NCBI GenBank assembly: GCA_905178155.1
Contig: CAJINV010000002.1
Location: 4,955,709 to 5,019,708, forward strand
Length of the DNA stretch: 64,000 nt
From: Amoebophrya sp. A120
Lineage: Eukaryota; Protista; Dinoflagellata
Direction: 5' to 3'
The notes below the pieces were generated by a model that did no database searches, was not told the DNA's origin, and was given only the letters and a program-made list of their open reading frames with translations. Within the stretch, counting starts at the first letter, position 1. Each line of letters begins with the position of its first letter. Shown here one piece after another: positions 39,201-51,000 of this stretch. The translations under genes and the position numbers were made by a program.

Positions 39201-42200
39201 GCGCGCTTGTCGTCGTCCCCAGGTGGTTACCACCAACGTTTGCCGTCGCCTCAAACACTTGACCACTTTTTAGTTCCACCTCCTGTTGCTGCTCCTGGTA
39301 GAAGTTCTTGCTGTGATTAGAACCACTCCTGCCCGTTTGTTGTTGTTCCACAAGTGGTGCCAACGTCAGATCGCTCGGTGTAGAAACAGTTATAATACTG
39401 CACGCCCGCGATGTAGGACTCCTCCTGCCGGTCTGACTCAGACTCCTTTGCTGGTGCTCTTTCTCTATTGTCGCCAACGCGGAAAATTCCTTCGGCAAAA
39501 ACAACGCACTCAGACACTTCTGGCTGGCAAAGTCCTGCACATTTATCCGGCTCAACTGCTTTGCCATAAACTCAAACTGCCGGTAGAATTTGCTCTTGCT
39601 GGAGAGGACCAAAACTTCGTTGCTCACCGGGTCTTGCACGTGCAAATACCTCTTCACAACTTTTCTGGCTCGCTGGTGCTTTGTTCGCTTTTGAGGAGCA
39701 TCAGGATCATGTTGTTCATGATTCACCTCCAACACAGCATTTTCGTCACAACCCTGCTCCAGAAAAGCCCCCAATCCCGCCGAATCTAGTCCCAGCGGTA
39801 ACTTTTGGAACCCCCGGTCAACAATGTAGCAGAAAAACGCCGACAAAAGCTGAAACCAGGAAGCCTTCTGTCGTGGTCCTCGTGCGGTCTGTGTCTTGTC
39901 CGTGTCATTTATTGAAGAAGAGCAGGAAGAGGAAGGAGTACTACTCGAACTACACCTAGAAGTACCAAACAGGTTGTAGTGCTGCATCGCAAATACCGTG
40001 CCCATAATTTCCAACGCATACGGCGGAAACAAAACGAGACTTCCCTTTTGCTGCCCGCCATGTCCATGTCCCCCGCCACCTACCGCGCCAGGAGCGGGGA
40101 CCGCGGTGCCTTTGAAGGAGGTGGAACTGCAGGAGGTGTTGCAGTTCATCATCTGCTCATTACAAGTAGAACCACTGTCCACGGCCGGCCGAAAAGACGA
40201 ATTTCTCGACGACTCCTTCACGTCCGTATCTCCAGACAAGATCAGGCCGTTGCCGACACAGCCGTACCGCGCCCAGATCTTCAGCAGCAGTAAGAACTTC
40301 TTCACCCGGTGCGACTTCTCGCACACTTTCCGGATTTTCTCGGATCTCTGGACGCCAATGTCGAAGTTGATGTAGATGTAAATCGTCACCTGGTTGCGGA
40401 ACCGGCAACGCAGTCGCTTCGGGTGGGAAAACCGGAACTGCTGCACGTCAGCATAATCTTCTACTTCACACGCACTGATGCCGTCGCAGCTGCTGCGCGG
40501 ATCTGCTTCCGCCCCCGCAGCTGTTCCATTTTTACCAACTTTGCATCTCGGATTGTTCCAGAGCATTTATCCAAGAAAAAAACATTGTAGATGTAACTTT
40601 TTTGGAGGAACAGCATTACAAATTTGCCTGGCATGACAGCAAAAACCTGTCATGCGCAGATAGCACGTCGCGAAAACGACCTGTAATGGACCCTACGATG
40701 CATGCCAAGCATGACAGACGCAATCATCTTGCATGTTGCGCATCACAAATTTACATTAAAAACGTTTTTTTCTTGGATAGCATTCTGCTGCTCTGCACTG
40801 CTTCCACCGGCTGCAGAACGCACACGTCGGAAATCAGCATCTCCGGTGCAGCTTTTGCATACAACCCTCCTGCGGCCGCGCTGTGGTAGTTGTAACCACT
40901 GAAACTGCCACTGCGATTGTGTCGGCTTTGCAGTTCTCTCTCCACCCGCCGGCGCTCCTTGATCAGTTGCCGCATAATGTCCGCAAACCCGCTGTCAATC
41001 GTCTCCTCGCCTTTTTTCAACGAGAAATTCAGGTCGAAAGTCGAGGTAGTGGTGTCAGAGGAATTCGAATTATTGTGTGCTGCGCTGGTCGTGGTATTCG
41101 TATTATAAAGGCTGTCAGACGATTCTTGTTGTACTCCTGGAATTATGTAGTTGTGCGTTTGCTGCAGAGCTGAAAGCAGAACCTCCACCCCGGGGACAGC
41201 AGCAGTAGACGCTGCTGTTAATTGATGTTCCACCACAGCCGACGCTCGTTGGTCCGCGGTTGTCACAGAGCTTTTGCTATCAAATGTAAAAATGTCTGGG
41301 TCTGGAAGATTCTGAGACTTGTCATGCATGTTTTGCCTGGGCCATGATGTCTGTGATGCATGCCCTAGCATCATAGATTTTTTGAGGGCCTCGCGATGCC
41401 TATTCCGCATGACAAATGCCCTCTCCGCGTAGCAAAAATTACACTCCCTTTGCTGCTCATGCAATACAGATTTTTTTGGAGTCCAAACTTAGCATCACAA
41501 GTTGAATTCTTCCAGACCCAGACATTTCTACATTTGATATTTGCTGTGTGTCCTATTGAACAAAACGTTCTTCCCGCCTACGTCAAAGGACGTAACACTT
41601 GCGGAGGAAACGTTGGTACTCGTGCGGGGGCGGGCGGAACATGAAAGCTGCGGCGGCACTACCGGCGGTTTAGTATTCATTTCTCTCTTCTCGTTCTCCC
41701 CCAGCGGACGGACATCTTTTGCGGGCAAAAGAAACAGCCCGGTGCTTGCACTCCCGAAGGGCGTCGCCTTCCCGCGGTCCAGAATCCGCTCGAGGTAGCT
41801 CCTTGCCTCAAGCGCCAGGTTGGCGACGTGGATGGACTGCGGGGAGTCGGTAGCCAAGTAGGACGGTAGTAATTCCCGCTCGATCCATTTATCGAAAGCC
41901 GTCGGAGGTTCGAAGCGACAGCTTGGCTGCTCGACCGGAGGACGATCTGTGTTGGCAGGTTTGATAGGGACAACTCTCGCTTTATTTTAGGGCGCAGAAA
42001 AAATTGTCCGAGATGTATAAACCATATTCTATTTTTGCATGGGCCACTCTCCACATTGGCTCCAGTAAAATGATTGTTCTCTAGGCACTGCAGTATTAAC
42101 TCCACTCTGCGTATTGGATATCAAAGAGGTTCACTTACCGGGTAAGCCTGCCGCTTCCGCCGACGACGATGCGCCCGGGTTGCCACCAAGATCAGGGCCT

Positions 42201-45200
42201 TCTTTCGGCGTAGGGAACAACGACCCTTTGGGCTCCGAAACCACCTCCGTAGAGGGCCCTTCCTTCCCACTCTTTTGCGAGGACGCGGGGGAAGGCTGGT
42301 ACTGATCCTGCTGGTCGTTTTTGGATGCAACTACAGAAACGTCAGTACAACGACTGGTCGACGTGTCCGCGCCACGCCGTTGAGGACGGGGCGTCGTGTC
42401 CCGCCCACGCGAACGTTTTTCTTCCTTCACCGGATAAGTATGCTCAGAAATGCAACTAGTTTCATCATTTTCCACTGCACAGACTGAAATCTTCAACCGC
42501 TCTGCTCCGCAAGAAGGAGCAGCACTGGAACCGCTACTGGAACGAGAACCTTGTTCAGCCTGGAGCGTCGAGTCATCTTCTTTTTCGCCGGACCTAGCCG
42601 CGCTAGCTCCTCTCGTGTAGTTCCGCGCCCGCAGCAGTTCCTCCCGGGCGTAGGTGATACTTTTCCCGGCGGTGATCGCGGTTTTAGTGTCTGGCGAAGG
42701 ATATTCTGCAAGACCTTCTGCTCGGTCGTCCCTTTCAACATCTACTCCGACTGTACTATCAAATGCGTAGGTCTTGTCCAACGCTGATACTCCGATGTGT
42801 GAAACGTCCCACACGTCAGTGGCTTTTAGCGTAGCACCAGGCGGCGGTCCTGCAGCCGGAGGTCCTCGACTACATTCTCGTACCTCAAGATCACGATCTT
42901 CACAAGAACTCTCGTCTCCTTCTTCGCCGGCAGCTCTTGCTTCCTGGTTCACCTTCCGCCCAGTGGTCGGAGGCAAAGCTTCCGTTTTCTTGCACGACAC
43001 CGGAGTCCTCAGCACTTTGGTAGTCACGAGCTCATCGTCCTTCATCTTCGCGCGCGAAACTTCAGAAACGGCTGGCTGTGATGCTGGCGTAATAGGATCT
43101 AAATCTTCAGGATCTTCTTGTTCTCTCGTCGCACTCGCACCCGCAGCAGGACCACTTGGTATAATAATTTTTGCGATCGATTTACTGTCTTCTTCTAAAT
43201 TGAAATTGTATTGAAAGCCGTCGCAGGAACTCCCCGCGAGCGACGGCGGTTCATCTAGAAGTTGTTGGTGTTCTTCTTCGTCGCGTTTGTCTTCCGCTAC
43301 ACTAGACACTGCCGTCTGCGGGCTGCCGGTCCCGGAAACAGAAGAAGTGCCATCAAAGCAGGACCCGAAGGCAGCTGGATCATCTTGCTCTACTACCTGT
43401 TCCTCCGCTCGAAACATGAAACCTGTCGTGCACTTGCTGGGACTCCTCTCGCTCTCCGTCTCCCCGGGCGGCGGCGGCACAACTTCTTGCACGACTTGGT
43501 CATCAACATGAAGAACAGGTGGCGGTTGATGTTGTTCGTCCCCTACAGCTAACAAAGCCGTCGAGGAGGAGGCGCAACAACTCGCAGTAGAGCTGGTGCA
43601 ACCGTTGGTTTTATTTTTCTGCTGTTGGAAGGCCTGGCGCTTGGCGGCGGCGGAAAACACGATCTTTGAAGGGATTTTCGATCGCAAAACCTCTGTTCTG
43701 TGGTCCTCCTTGTTCTGCTCTCCTAGGCTCGTGGAGGAGGACATTGGGGAGCGTATGAAAGTGTCAGAATCGAAATTGACAAAATCGAAAAACTTGTGAT
43801 GCATAAAATCGATACCAGTTGGAGCCTCAGTTTCCAAGCGGCGCATGACAAATTTCGGGAGCACCCAGATCGAGTCTGTCATGCTGTTTGGGCAAAGAAG
43901 ACTGCTCCTCTCATGCTACTCTGGCAGCAGATTGCATACCCCTAAACAGGCTTACAATCGGTCTCATTTGCCTGCTCTCCAATACAGGCCCGCAGTGCCC
44001 TACATTTTATGCATCACAAATTTTTCGACTTTGTCGATTTCGATTCTGACACATCCATAGAGCAAGTAGATGAAATACTGTGGTCCACCACCAAAGGGAT
44101 AGTAAACGAGGAGGTGCCAGCTGCACCACTTCTGGGCCACTTTGCTGCTGCACCCGAAGAAGAACCTCCGCCCGGTATCCTGATTAAAAACGTCCCCACA
44201 CCAGAGTCAAGTTGGCAAATCTGCTAGACAAATCACACAGCTTTGGTTGTTTGGCATGACAAGTCTGTCCTCGTAGTGTAATCCTGTTTCGCTAGCTCCG
44301 AAGCATTACAGATCTAGCCTACCATGCTGATTCTAGCATCACAAATTCCAAAACACGAACAGAAAATGCTTCTCATAGGGCTCCGCATGAGAAACTTGTT
44401 TGGCATGCAGAGTTGCATGACAACTCTGGGATGGGTACGTTTTTACATAGGATACCCGGCGTCGTGGAGAACTGTAGCAGCCCCGGTCTACAACCAGAGG
44501 ACCCGCCTCCGCTTTTCCCGGATCTGGGCGTGTTTGAAATCATCGCCTCGCCCAACGACGCGTATCAACTGCAAAAGTGTCTGGGTCTGGAAGAATGCCA
44601 GACTTGTCATGCAGGTTTTCCAGATACCATGGCTGATGGCACTTAGGATGAAGGGGGCAGTCCTCAACCAATACACATTGGAAGAGGGGACCCCAACCCC
44701 CTGGGGGTGAAGAATCGAGGGTCATGCAGGTTTTCCATGACCCGCGAGGTCTGGCATGTAGGAAAGAGCATGACAGATTCTGTGAGAGTTCTATCGTGTC
44801 TGTCCTGCGTGAGAAACTGCCTCTCGATTAGGTCAAAAGTGGACAGCTTTTGGTAATCACGCAACACAGATTTTTTTTACATGATTCAGAATTAGCATGA
44901 CAAGTTGCTTTATTCCAGACCCAGACATTTTTGCATTTGATAACGCGCTGCTGCCGTTGATACTCGCACTGTTCAGCTCCACGTTTTGCCCCACCGCCTT
45001 CTGGTTAAACGCCGTGGTTTTGTTCTTGGCACGCAGGATTCCCAACTCCACGGTCTCCCGCTCTTTCGGCACGAAATTTTTATGCTTCGTGGTCTGGTGA
45101 CTCCACAAATAGCTCGGCTGCCGGTCGAGGAGGCTCGGAGTTCGGGCGGCGGACGACGCATTTCGATCGCTCGTAGCAGAGGAGGGGGAGGGAGTTCCCG

Positions 45201-45615
45201 GGGTCGTATATGTTGATGTCCCAACCGGACTTGCTGCTGCCGCAGCAGTAGGGGTAGTTGAAGTTTTTGGAGTTGTAGCACCTCCAAAAGCTGCGCCAGT
45301 CCCTTTCGTGTATGTTTCCCTTGTGCTGGAAATTGTGCCCCCACCCTTGCTAGGTATTTTGATTTTCAACCCATTCGTAGTTCTATCCGGGGCCGGCTTG
45401 TTGGGAATTCTTGCCAAAAAATCTAGTCGTGGGGACGCTGCTTTAGCCTTACTCTTCTCACTTTTCGGATGCGGCACTGGCACAGGGATGCTACCCACAT
45501 CGATGGCTTTAGTACAGGTTTGTTCTTTCTTCTCGTACGCCGTTCCGACGACCTCCAGGGCCGGAAGCTGTGGTGGCTGGGTACAAGGTCTGGACGCTTT
45601 TGGTGATGACACCAT
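36217..45615 (-). CDS. Very large low-complexity protein with a degenerate Cid1/Trf4-type non-canonical poly(A)/poly(U) polymerase fold; 5 introners and one GT-AG intron (42138-41947)
   Basis: PFGSASTGL; FLLLLKIWAR; PPYALEIM; QLLSAFFCY; LHVQDP in the order expected for nucleotidyltransferase plus PAP-associated domains. Confidence 0.65.
40568..40779. mobile_element. TIR introner, family F
   Basis: TATCCAAGAAAAAAAC...GTTTTTTTCTTGGATA; TSD gcatt/gcatt; joins SSRM-LWNN. Confidence 0.88.
41278..41539. mobile_element. TIR introner, family A (262 bp; near-identical to 22237-22498)
   Basis: Family A TIRs; TSD tttgc/tttgc. Confidence 0.93.
43754..44059. mobile_element. TIR introner, family G
   Basis: About 55-bp TIR TATGAAAGTGTCAGAATCGAAATTGACAAAATCGAAAAACTTGTGATGCATAAAAT; TSD gagcg/gagca; joins STCS-PMS. 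Confidence 0.88.
44176..44454. mobile_element. TIR introner, family B
   Basis: Family B TIRs; TSD cccgg/cccgg. Confidence 0.9.
44563..44942. mobile_element. TIR introner, family A, extended (380 bp)
   Basis: Family A TIRs; TSD acgcg/acgcg; internal 17-bp direct repeat around about 100 bp of extra DNA. Confidence 0.9.
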
Positions 45616-48048
45616 GACTTTCTTTTGTAAGTAAAAGTAAAGTAAGTACTTCTTTTGAAAAATATCAAAAAATAAATTGTGGCAGAAGAAGTCCTGCGTT
45701 TTAAAATGCCTTTTGCCAAAACAAACTTAGAGTCGAATGAAAGCGGAAATCAGGCGGCCGAAGCCGGAAGTAAAAAGTACCTGCCCTTGCCGGCTTTCTT
45801 TGGGTTTCTATTATTGTGCTTAGAGAAGAAAGAAATAGTACAAAAATTGCTAAGTGATTAATATGCTCTACTGAAAAAATTGCTGATACCGTTGCTCTTT
45901 TACAACATGGAACTTTTCGGAGTCACTATTTACCGGGAAAAACCTTGTGGTTCTTATGCTCATTGCAACTTGCAAAAAATAAGTGAATCGGATGATATGC
46001 GTTTAGGATTGTTGTCTGTGTCTGTGTGCAGCTACGCTGGCTTAGAAGGGACGGGTATGCTAAAAACGCTAGGGAAATCTAAATCTATTTCAATACTTCT
46101 GTCTTACATCCACGTAGCTTCCTTAACTTTTGGAATTGCAACTGAGAATATGACAAAGTTAAAAAAATCTGAAATCGGGAACTCCGAGAGTAGTGACTGA
46201 CTGCGCACCAAAAGACTTACTCTCGACACGCGTCAATCACACTACGGGAATTATATTTCCGATGTGTATCTTTAAGAATTTTTTCTGAAACAAACTTCAA
46301 TGATGTTGCGCCTTCGGATGACTCCGTAGGTCGGCGTGCCCCTGTGCTAATAGACGATACGAAGGTTTTTAAAATACGTCACAGGTCTACAAAAGACCTC
46401 GCGACCTCGAAGCAATTTTGCGGTCAACGCGAAGATATGGATATGATTTTACTTATGTCACTGGGACTGGGCTGGATTACTTTTCATGTATTCGTGTACT
46501 AAAATGCTTGCTAAACAATAGTTTTTTTCCTTCACGAGCTTGTATCATAAAACTGGTCAGCAGGAGTTAGTCTTAGTAGATGATCCTGATATACTTTTCT
46601 GCAATTGCTAAAGGAGTCGTGGCGTTTTGTGCGTTGTTGTCGGTGGTTTAGCTGGTAACAAGGTTGCTGTTCAAATACCTACGTCGTTACTTCTCTTCGG
46701 TGGTAAAATACTCGTATAGCGACACAGTTGGAGAGCTTTTTGATGTTGACAGGTACATACATAAATAGTGACCAAGTGCGGGTGCAGCGTGTAGATGATT
46801 AGTTTCAGTTTGCTTCTAGACAAAAAGTTGAGTAGACCTGTAGATGATACTGCTTTTCTTTTTCCCGAGATAACACAATACGAGTCTGCTGACAGGAGTG
46901 CACCGTCGTTCTCTTAAGAGCCATGAAGATCTTTTCCAGATTTACCGCAAAAAGTCTCGCTTTGGCTTTTGGTGCAAAATATGGAAGTCAGTGAGTAGCT
47001 CGATATTGCTTACTCTCCGGACATAAGATAGTGCACCGCTAAAGATAGCCTCCAGCGTAACAGGACGCTTTGGCTTTAGTTGCTTACTCTACCAATCTCA
47101 GTTTTGTTAAATCCCCTACTTCTCGTTGTACAGAAAATACTCACAAGGTACTAAAATATCTGCGTGAAGAAAATATCGCTGGTGGTAGTTTTTTGCTTCA
47201 CTTCTATTGATGTTTGGTTCATTCGATTCGCGCCGGCTACAATATCCCTCAGCAAAAAGTGCCAGGCAACAAGAAAGCGGCAACAACTTTGTTGCTTCAT
47301 GTTCATGATGCTGAATTAGAATGAATCAAGACCATGTGATGTGCTATGAGGCCGATAGATGGTGAGAACGCCCATGATAGCATAGATCACAACAAAAAAA
47401 TCGATCTGTATCCGACTGATCCTGGTAATATACGACCTCCGGCCGCTACTATTCGTAGCATTGCTTCAGTACGTGCTAGATAGATCTTTGATACTCATGC
47501 TAGCACTATCAGGGTGACAAATACAATTGACACTGCTTGAATCGATGAAAGTTCCGTTATGGTATCCACCAAATCGTGATCCTTGTCGTGCCAGGAGAAA
47601 AAAAGCGATCCAAGAATCACCGTGCATGCGAATCGGTAGCTGAACCTGCAGAAATTGAAATACGGGCACCATCCTCGTAAATAGGTTTCTAGAGAGATCT
47701 CAGCTAATTACGTACTTGAAGTAGCGCTTTTGAACAACGTAAGTAGAGCCTGCTTGTGCTTCTTCTTCCGAGGCTACCGAATGATGCCCGCGCACGGTTC
47801 CCGGTCTGTTTTTTTTTTCGCAAAACTACAAATCTTGAATCACAATCGTTTCACATCACTGGTTCATTTTGGTAGAGCGCCCGACAGCACACGCGCATAA
47901 CAACTCTGTCGCGCTGTCAACATGGAAACACGATCATCAAAAACCAAAACAAATAAATCTTGCTTCTCTCATAGATTACACATCCTCCTGCGACAAGTAG
48001 ACCGTGGTACTACAACTCTCCAACCAAATATTGAACCCCTGCCACCTA

Positions 48049-51000
48049 CTACCCATAATGGTCAACAACATCCTGAAAACTCGCCCGAGCATTTCGCATC
48101 AGCGCCCGGTCGATGCGATGTCGGTGGTCCGCGTTGTTTTTCAAATCTAAACCCAGCTTCTTCAACGAGGAATTTTGGTCCATCAATTCCGCAAATCTTG
48201 CCGTCACCCGACTGTTCCCCCCCGCGGACACGCCGTTGGTAGAGTGCTCGTTTCCGGACAGGTGCAGGGTTTCTAAATTCGTGTTTTCGTTTTCCATTAA
48301 CGCCTATCAAATGTAAAAATGTCTGGGTCTGGAAGAATGCAAGATTTGTGATGCAGGTTTTCCATGACCCATGAGGTCTGGAATGCGAGACCCAGCATGA
48401 CAGATTCTTTGAGGTCTCTATCATTCCTTTCCTGCATGAGAAACTCCCCTCCAACTTGGTCAAAAGCGGACAGCTTTTGGCACTCACGCAACACAGATTT
48501 TTGCATCATTTAGATTTAGCATGACAAGTTAAAATCTTCCAGACCCAGACATTTTTGCATTTGATAACGCCTCGGCGATCCGCGCGACCTGGTCTGCGTT
48601 CAGATTGTTGTTTTCCAGGTTCAGCTATCAAATGCAGAAGTGTCTGGGTCTGGAAAGTTGTGATGCTAATGCCCGAATGATGCGCAACCTGTACTACGGG
48701 GCCACGCATCACAAGTTTCTGGGCGGCTATGTCTAGCGTTAACCGCATGACAAAGCGCCTTTTTGCATGACAAACAATTGGCGCTGTAGCGCAACAAGCA
48801 TGACAGACTTTTCTGTGTTGTCGGCCACGCATAACAAACTTGCATTCTTCCAGACCCAGACATGTTTGCAGTGCATATCAGCGTTTTCAGTGTGGTATTC
48901 TCTTCCAGAAACTGGAAAAAGTAGTGCGTGGTCAAAGGAGTCGGCTCTTGTGCTGGTGTTGAAGGTCTTGCTCCTGCTGGACTAGTTGCACGACAACCCG
49001 GCGGCGGTGCTGAGGGATTTGTAGTAGGTGAACCAGCTGCATCTAGCGTTCTTTCACCCGCAATGGTATTATTGTTACATGTTGTAGTAGTTCCATCCGC
49101 AGTAGTAGTACCCTCAAAATCTTCCGTCGCGGATGTTGCAACTTCTACCGCCGCTAGCAAACTGGTTCCCAAGTCGCAGTTTTTCAGGCTCAAAGACTCC
49201 AACTCCGTGTTGGCTTTTGCCAGCGAGCAAAAAAGCTTATCCAAGAAAAGTTTCTCCTCCTCGGGAAACCGGATGTTTGATAGGTCGAGTTTCTTTAAAT
49301 TCCTATCGTTCAGACATACCCGGTGCACCACGCAAGCCAGCCAGTCGGAGGGCGGCGTCGTGGAGAGCTTTACTTTAAACTCTTGCGGTCTTACGTTCAT
49401 CATTTTGTGACGATGAGGGGTGGTGGACGATGAACTACTTCCGGACGACATTCGTGTGGGATTTAATGATGAAGCGGCCGTTTGCTGTTGAGAAAGCCTT
49501 TCCTTGTCCTTCCGTAACGACAACAGCTCCTCCTCTAATAGCCTCGGCTCCACGATGGTGCTCGCGACGCTTTCCCTGATCGACGTGTGGAGGTCTACTG
49601 ATGTTGCATGACCACTAGTAGTGCCGTCGAAGAAGTTCTTGTTGTCCACGGTCTTCCGGCTGCTCGACGGGGGCGGGCCTCTATCGTGGTCCTGAAGATG
49701 CATCGGGGAAATTTCGCTCAGTTCGTCGTTGTCCTCACCGAGCGGAGCTGCGTCTTCCGGTTTTTTGATGATGCTGGTGGTGTTCTCCTTCTCGCGGAGT
49801 TTGTGGTTTTTCTCATGCAAAAATATCAAATTGTCATCATCCTCCTCCATCTTTTCAATCTCCTCCTGAATGTGGTCCGCGCCGAAGCAGGCTCTTTTCG
49901 TGGCCGCCACCAAGGCCGAGCGGAGCAGCTGCTCGCCCGAGTGCTGCCCGTATTGCTTTTTGGAAGTGGATGGCGCTGATGTTCGTCCTTGCGAACAAGT
50001 GGATGAAAATTTTTGCGACGCAGACGCAGAACAAGTCGAACTCCGTGATGTATAAAATTGGGCAGACGGTCGCCCTTGCAAGGACCCGCTAGTACTTGCC
50101 CCGACCGCCGATCCGTTCGTTACGTCATGCACTGGGGATGAAGAAGGACAAGTCGCGACGTCATCCGGGTGCTGAGGCCATCTGCTGCCACCAGCAGCAG
50201 AACCACTTCGGGTAGAAGAAATTTCCATCCGAAAATTGATGCGATTTCGTGCGAACGCAGGGACCGATTCTTGTTGATGTTGAATAGCGGTTATTGATGT
50301 GCCGTGAGGATGTTGTACATCGTGGCACCGCCGGTAGTCCTCGTCAAAATTGTACTCCACTGCATCGCACGGATCCACGTCTTGCTCGAAGTTTGATAAA
50401 ATTTCTAAGACAACTTCTCTCTGTACTCCTTGTGCCTGTTGTGCCGTACTAGAGGAAGAGAACCCCGACGTAACAGAAGCTGCTCCTTCCACCTCCTCGT
50501 GTACCGCCAGAAACTCGCGGCACTGCCTAGACACCGGATACAGCCGGAGTTCCCGCTTCGAAATTGGCTTTACCAAATTACAACTCCCGTCTTGGACGTG
50601 GAGAAGAGCCCTGTTCATATTCGATTTGTGAAGGAGCGCAGAACTTTTACTCCCACCTGCAGCTGCAGCCGCTTTGTTCTCGTCAATGGGCACGTTTGCT
50701 GGGTAATTGTCTTGCTGCTCAGCCAAGACGATTGTCCGCTTGTTTCGCTTCGTTGTCACGCAGGTTTCGCCCCGTTTTAGGCGGTCGAAGTAGTCTGGAT
50801 CCGAATCGGAGGACGAATCAGACGAATGATCCGCGTGGTCTGCAGCTTTTGATGTAGTGGTCCTTAATTGCCCTACGATTGCTGCATTTCCGCCCGATAG
50901 AACTTCCTCATCCGCTTCCGGTATTGGGATGGTAAGCGGCTGCCGTAGTTGTTGTTCCGGCGGCGCCGCTGCTTCGCCGTCAACCTGTACTTCTGGAACG

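Noticed and set aside
45700-48000. 2.3-kb gap checked for RNA genes or a transposase
   Set aside because: No recognisable tRNA, rRNA, snRNA or long ORF by eye; a covariance-model search would be needed to exclude ncRNA.
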